A stretch of 64,000 nt of DNA from the human T2T-CHM13v2.0 reference genome, Homo sapiens. Made by a program: the position numbers and the translations under genes. The first letter of the stretch is position 1; each line of letters opens with the position of its first letter. Shown in pieces: positions 1 through 13,539 of the stretch. A model generated the notes under the pieces. The model did not search any database, was not told the origin of the DNA, and worked only from the letters and a program-made list of their open reading frames with translations. The stretch lies in the NCBI RefSeq assembly GCF_009914755.1, contig NC_060937.1; one strand, given 5' to 3'.

Positions 1-1096
1 CACATAGAGGAACATCAGCAGCAGGTGGCCTGGGTGTTCTCCGCACCGCCTCTCTGGCTTGGTGGTTTATCACTCCTCTCCCTTAGCTGCCTCGCCTTGG
101 ACATGCGTCTTGGCTATGACAAACATGCAAGGGATTGCGTGGCCAAGAGTAGTGGGTTGGAGCCTAGGAGTCCAGGTACTTATGTGGTGGATGCTACCCT
201 TTTTGTGGTCAAACACCACGTCCACTTCTCCCATCTCAGCAGCACTGGTCCCTGCAGCTTGATGGATTGGGAAATCATTTGTAGCAACCATGGGGATACT
301 CAGGAAAAGAACACTGAGAACATTGCACCTCCCAGGTTCTGGACCTTGACTGATATTACACACACACACACCCATGAACACACACCTCTGTGCACATGCA
401 TCTTGCACACCCAGAGTCTTGAGCTCACTGGTAATCTCCAGCTTAGAATTCACCATTGTCAGCTTGGAGAAAACAACATGCTTTTCTGGAGAGTAAAGGC
501 CTCAGTGAATCTGTCCCCAAATTGTATGTCTCTCGTAACTTTGAGGGAATTTTTTTTGTTGTTGACAGCCTTATGCCAAAGGGAAAGGATGAAATATTGG
601 GCATGGCCTGCTGGTCGTGAAAGGTCACATTCTGCAGCATGTTTTCCCGATTCTGTGCTGATTCATCACACACTGAGATTTTCTATTAAATACCCTTCCT
701 GACTCTATTGGAAATGACTGTAAGTGGAACAAATGAAGTCACCCTCAAAATAAGGACTGCCAGGAGAGTGGTAGGTGGCAACTTTAACTGCTCCCCAACC
801 TTGGGAAGTGGGGTTAGTTTTTTTCCATTTTGATGGTGCTGCTTGGAGGTAAGATGATGGATTTACACTGGTGGAGCATTTTGCTTTTCACAGGGTGCTC
901 TGAGCAGGAGGCGGTCAGGGAAAGTACTAATTCTGTTTCTTCCATGTTGAGAAGCTAAAGCCCGGAAGGTGGAGGGCTCCTGCCCTGGCTGGGGAGTGGC
1001 TGCCTGAGCCTGGCCCGGGGCTGCTCTGCTGCAAGCCACACCACAGTGATGGCCTGGTGGGCCTCTGCTGCCTTTGTTTGTTTGATTTAATTTGTT

Positions 1097-1406
<310 letters not shown>

Positions 1407-1410
1407 TGTT

Positions 1411-1614
1411 TTTGATTTAATTTTCAGTTGACACATGATAACGTACAGGGTACAGTGTGATGTTTCAATACATGTTTACATTGTTTAATGATCGAATCGG
1501 GGTAATTAGCATATCCATCATCTCATACTTGCCATTTCTTTGTGATAAGAACATTCAAAATTCATTCTTCTAGTTATTTTGAAATATACAGTACATTATT
1601 GTTAACTATAGTCA
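1411..1614 (-). mobile_element. L1MA 3' end (non-inverted arm of a 5'-inverted L1)
   Basis: GGGTACAGTGTGATGTTTCAATACATG...TTATTGTTAACTATAGTCA matches the antisense L1MA 3' UTR. Confidence 0.8.
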
Positions 1615-1855
1615 TTTGCAATGTGGATGAACCTAGAGGACATTATGTTAAGTGAAATAAGACAGGCACAGAAGGACAAATACTGCGTGATCCCACTCAT
1701 ATGTGGAATCTGAAAATATCCATCTCCTGGAGACAGTAAATAGAACGGTGGTTTCCAGAGGAGGGGGTGGGGGTGGGGGTGGTGGTGGGGGTAGGCAGAG
1801 TGAAGAGAGGTTGGTCAGTGGGTACAAAGTTACAGTTAGATAGGAGAAATAAGTT
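1611..1855 (+). mobile_element. L1MA inverted arm (ORF2 end/3' UTR)
   Basis: GTCATTTGCA..TGGATGAACCTAGAGGACATTATGTTAAGTGAAATAAG..GGGTACAAAGTTACAGTTAGATAGGAGAAATAAGTT; includes a G-rich tract at 1763-1791. Confidence 0.8.
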
Positions 1856-2739
1856 GTGAGCCTTTTAAAATTCAAACCCTCCCTTTCTTCCTTTATTCTT
1901 TCGTGTTTCCCTTGAACTCCCTCTCTAAAAATAAAATCCAGGGCGGCGGAGTTTGTAAGATTTTCCTCTTACAATGACATTTTTGAAAATCACCCTATGT
2001 ATAATTTATATCACTCATTGCCAATCCTTCTGACAAAGTTGTATGTTTCTGTGGCATTCTTGGAAATTTGTACCTGAAAGATTGTCTTCTTTGAATAACT
2101 GATCTATTTCCTTTTATCAGATAAGATTTATGTTCTTCTTGTCTTCCAGAAAGCTTAGAGCTAAATTTAATATTCGACCATGACCTTTGTATTATGTTTC
2201 TTCCCTTTCTATGAGGTTTTAAAAAGGTCTGCATTTTAGCCTTATTTTATACACACCTTTTAGTATGAGCCAAAGTTTTTGGAAACAGGCATTTTGCATA
2301 AACATTTTTTTCTCTCAGTTTAAATTGCTGCGACATGAAAACATCAAATGCCCTAAACAAGCTGTAAGATTATTAAATTCAATTAGGTAGGTCACATAAT
2401 ACACGTTTTTTAAATTGTTACAAACATTGTAGAGTAAATGTTGTTATGGAAGAAATTTAGTATGTAAAATGACACTGTAAACAATACCAGGCTCATGACA
2501 AAGGGTCATGAAATAAAATCAGTCCTCAAGGGAAGTCGAGAAGTTCAACGGAAGAATGCTAAGGCTTCATTTTTGTTGTGAAGAATCGCCAAGCAAGTCC
2601 TATAAAATACATGGGAAAAGATCATGTTTGCCCTGCAGAGAGACACAGGCTGAGCCACAGGGTTGCTGGGATTTGTTCCAACTGCAGGCTCTCGGCCTAC
2701 CAGGCTGCCTTCCTCACCTCCTCATGGTCAGGTAGCAGG

Positions 2740-2878
2740 TGTGTGGTCTCAGATGAACTGATTCCATTCTGAGCCTCATTTCCCTAATCTGGAGAATGGG
2801 ATCATAGTACCCACCTCAATGGGCAATGTGAACAATTAAAGTGATTTGTGAGAAGGGATTAGCACAGTGCCTGGCACA
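2740..2878 (+). mobile_element. MIR
   Basis: CTGAGCCTCATTTCCCTAATCTGGAGAATGGGAT..TAGCACAGTGCCTGGCACA, the MIR core and 3' end. Confidence 0.75.
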
Positions 2879-3188
2879 ATTTTCCTTCATATTTGAATTC
2901 TACTACCTTGTAAAAAATACAAAGCATTGCATGTTCTGTTTCATAATAAATGCTGTGCAGAACCATGCGTTAGATTTTTTTTTAAGTCTTGCTGGAGTGT
3001 ATCACATATGCAGAAAAGCGTCTAAGTCAAGTGTGTAGCCGCCTGGATTTTTACAGTGAACACTCATGTACTAGCATTTAGGTTAAGAAACAGCCTCAGA
3101 AATCCTCCTCCTGTCACCTCCTAGTCAATTTCCCATCCTAGGAAGTTACCCACTATCCTGACTTCTAACACCATAGATTTCTTTTGCC

Positions 3189-3394
3189 TTTTTTTTTTTT
3201 TAAGAGTCAGAGTGTCGCTCTGTCACCAGGCTGGAGTGCAGTGGTGTGATTATAGCTCACTGACACCTCTGACTCCTGGGGTTCAAATGATCCTCCTATC
3301 TCAGCCTCCACAGTAGCTAGGACACACTGCCACAACCAGCTAATGTTTAAATTTATTGTAGGGATGGAGTCTTGCTATGTTGCCCAGGCTAGTG
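3189..3394 (-). mobile_element. AluJ, 5'-truncated
   Basis: Poly(T), right monomer and part of the left monomer (TTGCTATGTTGCCCAGGCT); flanked by TTGCCT repeats. Confidence 0.85.
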
Positions 3395-3724
3395 TCTTGC
3401 CTGTTTTTGTGCTTTACATAAATGGAGTCATATGGTGTGTACTCTTTTGTGTCTGGCCTCTTTCACTCAATATGTTTGCAAGATTCATCCATGATGTGTG
3501 GGTAGCAAGAGTTTGTTATTAGTTCCTGTAGCTGTATAGATGTCCAATGTATAATACCGAAATTTATTAATTGTACTATTGATAGAAATTTGGGTTTCCT
3601 GTTTGAGGACTTTATGAATAAAGCTTATATGAACATTCTTGTACATCTTTGGTAAACATACACCCATTTCTATTGGATATATACCTAGAGATGTAATTGC
3701 TTTGAAGGTATGCATATTGATCAG

Positions 3725-4481
3725 TGTAATCACCAGATCCTTCTTGACCACTGCAGAGATAAAATCAGTTCACTGAGACAGCGGTATTGCAGTAGAGAAC
3801 AAGTTTAATAAACAGGGCTAGCCAAGCAGAACAGGAGTTTATTACTTTATTACTCAAATCAGCCTCTCTCAGAACTCAGAGGCTAGTCTAGGTAGGGGTT
3901 TCATGGCTAATTTGGTGAACAGCAGGCTAGGGAGTGAGTGCTGCTGATTGGTTGGGGATGAAATTGTAGGGGTGTGGAAAATGGTCCTGGTGCACTGAGT
4001 CCACCTCAAGGCGGGGTCCACAGGACTAGTTGAGTCATGAGTCACGGGTCAGGTGCAGTCATTCATTTGCCAGAATGCAGAAGTCTGAAAAACATCTCAG
4101 AATAACAATCTTAGGCAATATAAAAGTAGTGTTATCTATAGGAACAATTGGAAAAGTCACCAATCCTGTGACCTCTGGCCACATCTCCTAAGAGGCAAGG
4201 AATTATAGAAAAGCAAGCCAGAGAACAGTGGCTGGTTATCATTTAAGCCTACATGTTAGTAGAATTCAGACCTCTCCCAAAATCCTAATCTTGTGGCCCT
4301 GCATTCATTTTACGAAGGCAGTTTCGGTCCCTGAGCAAGGAGGGAGTTAGTTTCAGGAAGGGACTGTTACCGTCTTTGTTTTAAAGTTAACAAAGGCAAT
4401 TAGCTTGTGAGAATAGAAGCAAGATGGAATTAGTTAGGTTAAATTTCTCTTACTGTTACAAATTTTGCAAAGGCAGTTTCA
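3725..4481 (-). mobile_element. Solo ERV1 LTR, LTR8 family (LTR8A/8B-like)
   Basis: TG...CA termini. The minus strand begins TGAAACTGCCTTTGCAAAAT, the LTR8-type 5' end. Exact 4-bp TSD TCAG at 3721-3724 and 4482-4485. Confidence 0.8.
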
Positions 4482-4613
4482 TCAGCTTTAGTAAATCCTA
4501 TTAGTTTTCCAAAGTGGCTGTGCCAATTTATACTCCCAATATAGTGTGGGAGTTCTTCTTTATCATTATCAATCCTTAGTATTTTATCTCTTTTTCATGT
4601 TGGCTTTTTCACT

Positions 4614-5118
4614 TGTATCAGCAAGGGCTCTCCAGAGAAACGGAACCAATAGAATCTGTATAGATATATGGAAAGAGACTTATGATGAGGGACTCACCCA
4701 CGTGATCATGGAGGCTGAGAAGCACAGGATCTGCTGTCTGTAACCTGGAGATGTGGGAGAGCTGGTGTAGTTCCTGTCTAAACCCAAAGGCCTGAGAAAC
4801 AGGGAAGCCAGTGGTATAGGTCCTGGTCCAAGCCCAAAGGCCCAAGAACCAGGTGCGTCAATGTCTGACGTCCCAGGGTAGGAGACAGATGTCCTTTTTG
4901 CCAAGGTCACTCTCCCTGATGCCTTTCTGTTCTATTCCTACCCTCAAAGGATTGGCCAACGCCTCCCACATTAGGGAGAGTGAGTCTTTACTCAGCCAGG
5001 TGATTCAAATGCTAATCTCTCCCAGAAATACCCTCAACACACCCCAGAAATAATATTTTACCTGCCACCTGGGTATCACTCAGCCCAGTCAAGTGGACAC
5101 ATAAAATTCACTATCACA
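4614..5118 (-). mobile_element. Solo ERVL LTR, MLT2 family
   Basis: Ends CCCAGTCAAGTGGACACATAAAATTCACTATCACA, the reverse complement of the MLT2 start; begins TGTATCAG..CTCTCCAGAGAAACGGAACCAATAG. Confidence 0.85.
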
Positions 5119-6096
5119 CATTATGGTGTAGTGTTGTCTCACTATGCTTTTAATTTGCATTTCCCAGATGACTGTTGCATTTTTAGCATTACGTTATATT
5201 GTTTAGAAAATAAGATACAATATAATATACAAAGCAACATGTAACTAAACATATAAAGCAAAAGCTAATAAAAATATATAAACAGAACTTGGTAAAGCAC
5301 AAATATAATGAATGATTTTAAATATTTTCATTTAATAATTTAGTAGATCTAGTAAACTAAGTAATCAAGGATGAAGAGGATCTTACATTCATAATTTCGT
5401 GTAATAATACATATAAAATTTACATCCTACAAATATAGAATATATAACTTTCTCTTATTTTTTTCTCCTTTGTACTTTATAAAATTTCTAAAATTCAGTT
5501 AGGTTCTTGATGATGAAAACATTTCAGATAGTTCAGGAAAGTAGAGATTTTAGAGTCATCAGTCTCTGATCAAAATTAAAAAAAAAGATAAATAAATTGT
5601 ATAAAGACCCAAGCTGAACCGTTTAATATCAGAGTGCACTCTCATAAAGTGTCCCTAAAGCAAAGGAGAAGTCAAGGCTGAAATTCCAAGTTAAAGAAAT
5701 AGTAATTCAAACTAGAAGACCTTGTAGCAAATTTATTGCATCCAGGAAAAGTTGTATTTAGAGGAAATAGCTTCAGATAACTTCTTTATTATAGAAGAAA
5801 ATTAAAACTACAAGTTAGAATTCATGTTAGGAAACTCAAAGAAAAAAATGACAAAACAAAACAAAAGGACCTATGAAAAGGAAATTAATTGGGATAGGAA
5901 CTGATATTAATGAAGTAGACACAGGGGCTACCAAATGGTTACTTAAATTCAGGATTAAGGTTAAAAAGATAAGAAATATCTAAAGTCTTCTAACCCTGGA
6001 CATGATGAGGAGCCTAGAACAAGTGTATTGATTCTCCAGTTGTTTTATCTCCTTTGCTGTAAAATATGAACAACAGCAGCAGTAACAACAGCAATA

Positions 6097-6432
6097 CCGT
6101 TGTGCCCAGCATGACAACATTTTAGTCACTGATGCCTCGCCTACAAGACAGCAGCCCCATGACATTATAATACCACATTTCTATGCCTTTTCTACATTTG
6201 GGTGTGTTTAGATGCACGAATACTTACCATTGTGTTACAGCTGCCTACAGTACTCAGTACAGTAACGTGTGCAGGTTTGTTGCCTGGGAGCAATAGGCTA
6301 CAACGTGCAGCCTCGCTGTTTGGTGGGCTACATTATCTAGGTTTGTGTGAGTACACTCCGTGTTGTTCACACAGCAACAACATCGCCTACATTTCTCAGA
6401 ATGTAGCCCCATTAGTAAGAAATGCATGACTA
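6097..6432 (+). mobile_element. Tigger3a/MER7A (GOLEM) non-autonomous DNA transposon
   Basis: ATACTTACCATTGTGTTACA..CAGTACAGTAAC..GGAGCAATAGGCTA..TCTAGGTTTGTGTGAGTACACT..CATTTCTCAGAA..GCATGACT; TA at the left flank. Confidence 0.85.
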
Positions 6433-6611
6433 GACCTAAGAAGGTGTTGGTGGTCACAGTAACGTTTAAAATGTAACATGCTGTAATGCAACTTAAGCAG
6501 TACATGCAATATCTAGGAGGCCTGTATAGGGAGTCTGTAATATACATGCAATGATACCAACCTCAGGCTACTAAAAACACGAAACTGATGGGCTGTGAAG
6601 GGAGTGGATGA

Positions 6612-7066
<455 letters not shown>

Positions 7067-9139
7067 TTTCAGATTCTTTCTGAACCATCTGGGGAAGTCA
7101 CAGTATTGATAATGGCCATGAATTTATGAGAAACTGTTAAGTATAATAGATATTAAAAAATAGAAAGTTGATTTTTAGTTGGTAACAAAAGACTAAAATC
7201 TTTAATGCACTCTAGTTCCTTGAAATCTGATAATGCTGACGAGTCAGTTTCCGGAGCCAAATTTCCCCGCTTGACTCATCCTCACAAGAAATCAGATATC
7301 CTTGTTATAAGAGGAGAGCATCAACACAAAACAAAAACAGCACGGATGGGCTGCCTCATGCTGTATAGGATTCGAGACCCAGGAGCCATAGCTTAGGGGC
7401 CACTGTCCCTGGTCAGGCACACAGACAGGAAAGGAGGAGGGACCCAGCTGGCATGTGGCTGGAGCAGCACCCAGGACACAGCATGGCAGCTGGCCAGGTC
7501 TCAGCCCTGGACAAGAATCCACAAGAGGCGAAGGCATTTTCTGTGCTGTGCCTCAGCCAGAAGTTCCAATGCAGGGATGTGGAGGCATTTTCTAAAACTT
7601 GCCTTTGTCTTGCTCCAAGTGCAGGCACCATGCATAATGCTGACGAGCATGGTCTGTGACTCCCGCGCTGGCAGGACTTTATGGCCAAGGTGCCTCATGC
7701 CACCCACCACGTGTGGTAGTGGCAGTCATTTGTGTAACACTCAGACACCCAAATAAAGGGGCAAGCATCCTAAACTGGTGCAGCTTTACTGTCCTGGGAG
7801 GCCTTACCCACTTCTCAAAAGAATGTGCTATTTGCTGACTTCAGTACTAAAATATCTGAGTTGTGTTACCTGAGGGTTTTCCAGCTGTTTTTGCAGGTGA
7901 GTGTACTGTGAGCTAAGCAGGCTATAGACCCATATCTGCCATCCACCAGCTGGGTAGCTGTGGGAGCACCTCTTTCCTTCTCCGGATTTCCCCCACCTTT
8001 TATGAATGTCACTGAGCAAATGAACTCCAAGTGAGCACTGCTGGGGCTAGCCTCCTGAAGTTTTTGGAGACCCTAGTTCTGCTCCCCAGTCTCCACGCAG
8101 CACATACCTTGTTGCAGTGGCCACCTGACCTTCCAAGAGGACATGAACAGCAGGAAGTGATTTCCAATCACGTTGGACATGCTGTGCCTGCAGCCGGCAG
8201 GACTTCCTGGTCCTGGCATTTCAGGTGAATGACCCTTGTCTGGGGTTGAAGATGAATCTTCCCCAGGTCCTCTTAAGGACTGCCTGGCATCCCTCCCTAT
8301 CTCCTTTCAGCCACACCAGGTACAGCCTGCCAGGCTCTCGCCTCCAGTTTCACACATCCTTGCACCTGCCTGGGCGATGGCACTTGGGACATACTCATGC
8401 ACACCCAACCCTTAGGGGAGGAGATTATGCCCAGTGGGTGGTCCATAGAAGGAAGCCAGGGAGTAAATGCTTCCTCCGTCTCCCTGCTGGTCTAGTAGAG
8501 TGGAGCCAGCGGAGACAATGCTCCCTGTTTGGGGATGGAGGGGTGGGGACTTAGGGGCAAGGGGAAGCTGAGAAGAGATTACACAGAGGAGATGATATGA
8601 GGCGAATCTTCAGAGGTGGGAGCTTTAGGGGGGAAGTGGTAGCGATTGGAGTCAGAGGCAGCAGTGCTATCAAAAGTCTAGGCTGCAAGAGCCTGCTAAG
8701 AGTTATGTTCTCCAGGGCAGGGCAGAGGGAGATGCCCAAGGGACAGAGGAGGCAGTGGCCGCCAGCCTGGGGTCCTAGGAGTTCCCCGGCACCTGTTCCT
8801 CCTCCTCAGCCCCGGCCCACCCCTGCAGCTCCTCACCAGGTTCAGACGTCCTGGCTCTGGTCCTCCCACCTCATCTGTGCACCTTGCCAGTCCTTTGGCT
8901 TCCTCTGCGTGCACTGAAGCCCTACCAGCTGGTGAGGAGTCCCTGTGTTTGGACGCCAAACCTGCATCCTGTGCTGTGTCCGGGCTCCTCGGGTCTCTGT
9001 GCTTAACGCAATTCCAGATGGAAGAAAGGGAGGAGGAAGCACGGTTCTCAAGAATCGCAGGCCTCGGGCACAATTTGAGCTCCAAGTCTTTATTTCTTGG
9101 TTATCACTAAGAATCAGTTGCATATTAGAATTCTGAATA

Positions 9140-9285
9140 GGCCTGGTGCAGTGGCTCAGGATTATAATCCCAGCAATTTGAGAGGCTGAGGCCAGAGGAT
9201 TGCTTGAGGCCAGGAGTTTGAGGTCAGGCTGAGCAGCGTTAACGAGATCCCATCGCTACAAACAACAACAACAACAACAACAAAC
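9140..9285 (+). mobile_element. FLAM (free left Alu monomer) with (AAC)n tail
   Basis: GGCCTGGTGCAGTGGCTCA..GGATTGCTTGAGGCCAGGAGTTTGAG, then ACAACAACAAC. Confidence 0.8.
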
Positions 9286-9720
9286 TATTATTTAAAAAAT
9301 AAAAATAAATTTTAGAAAATTCAGAATGACCAACACTTTCATTCAGGGTTCTAACTATTGATAAAAAGAAATATATGTTTTTTTTTTTTCTTTTAAACCC
9401 ATGATGTGAGACATTAATGTTCTGGGCAGTTGTGAGGAATCTCCACCACAGCACCTCTCCTCACCCTCCCGTTTCCAGATGAAAGCCAGGCTGTGGATAC
9501 TGGCCTGGTGACAAGAGAACATGGAAAATGGAAAGGATGTGAGTTTAAGGACTCTTTGGACACAGTAGAGTGTGTCTAAATTTCTCAATAAAAGGCATAT
9601 TTTATAAACAGAATATAAATATTCAACATCCTGGCCTTGGACCCACGACTGCGTTCCTGTGGCGGGAGGCAGCCAGCAGCTCAGGGGCCCGTGCAGCACT
9701 TCCCCCTGCCGCCAGGGGAT

Positions 9721-9860
9721 CCTCCCCGCCCCCCCGCCCCCCCCCCGCCCCCCGCCGCCCCCCCGCCCCCCCGCCGCCCCCCCGCCCCACCGGCCCACCG
9801 GCCCCCCCCCCGCTTACCCCCCGCCCCCCCCGCAGCTGTGCCCCCGCATCCCCCCCGCCA
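9721..9860. repeat. CpG-rich C-tract low-complexity / VNTR-like repeat
   Basis: Repeated C runs separated by G or GCCG (CCCCGCC units); almost entirely G+C. Confidence 0.9.
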
Positions 9861-10619
9861 CTGTGCCCTGCCCACCACATTATTTATACTACATGTCTCA
9901 TGCTTTCTGTGGAAAATTGTTTCACTTAGCTTCCTGCAGGGATATTTTGGGACTGGGAACCTTGGCTTTTGATTTTTCCTTTCTCTACCTTGCATAACAG
10001 CTCTAATTCCCAATTCTCTTGGATTTTCTCTTCTCTCCTGCTGCTCTTTGGGCTGAAAAATAGGAATTCTCTTTTATTGTTTTGTTTCAATTTTCTGAGA
10101 CCTATCCGTACCTAGAACACAAACTTGTTTTTCTCCGTGACATTCTTGTTTTAGATATAAAGCATCAAGTATCTGAGCAGCAAGAACATTTTTGTGTACT
10201 TGCATTTTATAATCGTGGAATTCAGGAAAGGTCTTGCAGGAGGTAAGTTAGCATAGAGTTTCAGAGCTAGGATTCGGCCTCAGTGCTGTGATCCACAAAG
10301 GAATGTGTAATAGAATTCGGAAAATCACTGCATTTGATGCAAATATCTAGTGAACTCTAGGCCGCTAAAACTTCTCAACCACTCATTCCATGGCTGATTC
10401 ACGTGGAGTTCCTGCATAACAAAATTCGGGTAGAAATGATCTACGAGAAGTAAGTACCAACACCTCCTATTGGAGATGTGAAATTGAGCAAGCCGTTCTT
10501 ACCTGGGATCTCAGCTTTCTTACCTGGCTAGAAGTGGGGAGGTTGAATGCACTTGGTATCTAAGCACCCTTATAGACTTCCCTTGCCACCTGGGCCCACG
10601 GTGGGAGTATTTTTCTCTA

Positions 10620-10638
10620 TGGCCACTAGATGTCCCAG
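10620..10638 (+). promoter_or_regulatory. Possible CTCF motif
   Basis: TGGCCACTAGATGTCCC versus core CCACYAGRKGGCR, with two mismatches. Motif only; no binding data. Confidence 0.25.
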
Positions 10639-12322
10639 GAGCACCCACTTTGGGGCTGAGCTGTCTAAGACACCTGGGGCTCCATCCTGTCGTCCTTGGA
10701 ATCTGCTGACGTGAGGAAGGCAATGTTTGGGTTTCACTTCTGTATGATTTTGGGGCTGCTGTCTCAGCCACTGAGACTCAGACAAGAATTTTAAGACACC
10801 AAAACAACCCCTTAGTTTTCTTGATGGCTGTTTGAAACCAACAGAACCATTCACATTTTCAGGAATGGATTCTTGTTAATGCCATGAAGTAGGAATTCAC
10901 AAGGGATTTTCCAAACATTAGTGAACTCACAAAGGAAGTGTTATTATGGGGTGTCTATGTGCTTGAGGCATAGAGAGTCTGTAAAAATGAGAGAGCCACA
11001 GCTGCCTCTGTGTCGTTGGCGTGACGGAGGCTCCTGGACAGCTCTGCCCTGCGGGGACACTCTGAAGAACAGGCACCCTGTGCTCAGGGCCACCGTGAAC
11101 CATGGAGAGGGCAGCATGGAGGAGGAGGTGAAGAAGCCCACAAAGAGGAGTCAGGTCAAGGACACCATGAGAGATCCCTCGTCTGCCACTTCCAAGGCCA
11201 GAAGCCCGGAGTTCCCATCACACCCCACAGCAACTATGCAGTGTGAGACCACTGGTTCATTTAGCCAGGAAAAGGGAAGAAATCTTTCAGGGTGGATTTA
11301 AAGAGAACTGCAAATCCATCTGCAGCCATCTTAGATAGATGAATGTGAAGTTTAACGAAATTAGCTCTGTCCAAGTATCCAAGTGGGAGATTTCCAAGAA
11401 GCCATCACTAAGGCTACTACTGGCAGTGGCAGTGGTGGCATTAGAAATAGCAGCATGCCCAGAGATAACTTTCCAATTTAGTGTTAGGGGAAATTGTATG
11501 ACACTGCAAGGACCATATTGTAAGCTTAGCTGTCTAATGTGCAAACCAGATACGCATTTTTAGTTTAAATTAACTTTGACATGTAGCAGCAATTCATAGT
11601 TACCCCCAAAACACAAACTCTAAGAACTTTTAAAATGCATTTAATAGAACTCTAAAGAGTACAGAAGAGAAAATATGTGAAATATAATAATAGTAGCGCA
11701 CCGTTAATTTATGATGGTTCTTAACCAGTGTGTACAGGTTTAATACTACCTCACAGGAGAAAAGGTTAAGGAGGATATGCATTTTTCACTTGTATATAAA
11801 ATGGAGAATATTCATTTTTTAAACTGGAAAAATGAATTCAGTCACTTATGAAGTGTAACCTCTTCTAAAAAAAAATTGTGTGACAGATCATACAATAACA
11901 GCGCTCACTTCTTGTGATCATATGTCCCAGCATTTAAACATTAAGTCAATTTAGCTAGCTACCTTTCAGAAGCTGGTTATTATGACTATTATTTTACACT
12001 CATAATTCAATTTTTATAAACAATATAATGCCAGCTGCTGTAATTCAAACTTTATATGCCAATGTTGTGCCCTGTCATATTTTACATTCTGAGCAAGCCT
12101 ACAGCCTCCAGCAGCCTGAAGGTTGTACGCTTTACATATATGGCACAGAGCGATCAGCCTGCAATTCATGTGCATATTTGTTACAAAGCATGTGTCTTTG
12201 TGAAAATCTTATACACTTAAATGACATCAGTTTCTATCTTGTTGTTGTTCTTAAATTGCTTCCCCAGTCCTCTCCTTCTCCTTCAGTGTTATAGATGTTA
12301 TGTATTCATCCTTTCATTGCGG

Positions 12323-12545
12323 GTACAGTGCATCGTGTAAGATCCCAGATGCAGTCAGCATGCCTGGGTTCAAATCTCGACCTTGTCCTTTTCTATCTGT
12401 GTTTTCTTAGGCAAATATCTTAATTTCTGTCTGCCTAGGGAGATGGAGGATGGTAACAGGACCTACCTTACTGAACTGGTAGGGAGAGTAAATGAGTTAA
12501 AACATGCAGAGGTCTTAGAACAGTGCCCGAAGCACCTTTAGTAAC
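12323..12545 (+). mobile_element. MIR
   Basis: TGCCTGGGTTCAAATCTC..GGCAAAT..ACCTACCT..TAAATGAGTTAA..TTAGAACAGTGCC. Confidence 0.8.
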
Positions 12546-13539
12546 CATGCATTCACTGAGAAACCATGTTTTGTGTGTTGCTCTACCAGGCACAGTGCTA
12601 GGCTGCAGGGATTCTGGGATGGTGGCAGGAAACAGAAGTATTCGAGAACAAGGGTTCCAATACCAGCTCTCAGGTGCTGTGGGACTTTACTCGCCAGGTG
12701 CCTTTGGCTAAGCCACCCACTTTCCTAGGTCCTCAGTGTTCTCCTTGACCAATAATAAAGATGGAATAGACAATCTCAAAATTACTTTCCAACTCTGAAT
12801 ATTCTTGGATGTCCTAATTCTAAGCCAAGTGGGCTCTGTGGAAATCTGCTCTCATTGGCCGAGGAGTCCAATCCACCACCGCACGGGTCCAGAATAAAGT
12901 GACCACGCTACATTAGACAAATGGCGTTGGCAATGCCGTGCCTTTTTATGGAAAGTGGTTTTGGATGTTTGTGATGCAAGGAGACATGAGGATATTCCAT
13001 ATTAGCATCAGTGGTTCAAGTGACTTGGAGAGTATGTTAACAACAGGCTTTATGGATGGAAGGAGCCAACACATTTCTCCATGAAAAGTCCTCTAAAATG
13101 GTAGAGCTCATGGTTATGATAGAAAGATGGGATGAAGGGCACCCCTCAGAATTTCACAGATGTTGAAACAGTTGAATAGAGGAAGTGAGTCAGTTTGTAT
13201 CAAATGAATAAATAGGAAAAGTTAAAACTAGAAGTGATGAAGGAATAGAACAAAGTGTCCAGAACAGCCTCAGTGAATATCTACTATATGTCCACCTTCA
13301 AGTGCATTAGGACCCATTTAGAGATGCTTTGGAAGTTTTGGAAAGGGGTGGACAGGCAAAGGTTACACATCTGGTTAACCACGTAGATCTGCATTTCGGC
13401 TTTTCAAGTAGCAAAAGGATAAACTTACCTTTAGACTTGTTATTCTATTTCCATACAAGACATATGATGGATTAGATGCTCACCTTACATGCTCCCATGG
13501 ACCTCTGTCCTTCTGTCCTAAGTGTCACTGTTAATTATA

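Larger units (their letters stand above)
2985..5175 (-). mobile_element. Old L1 (L1ME/MC-type) 3' region, split by an Alu, an LTR8-like LTR and an MLT2
   Basis: Collinear antisense L1 3' motifs at ~2985-3188, 3395-3724, 4482-4613 and 5119-5175 (AATGGAGTCATA, GATTCATCCATG, TTTTCCAAAGTGGCTGTGCCAATTTA, TTTAATTTGCATTTCC). Confidence 0.75.

Noticed and set aside
25-702. 225-aa ORF
   Set aside because: It starts at GTG, runs through a (CA)n tract (THTHTH), resembles no protein family I recognise and has no exon context.
9355-10013. Overlapping Pro/Gly-rich ORFs in all six frames
   Set aside because: These are an artefact of the stop-free C-tract repeat.
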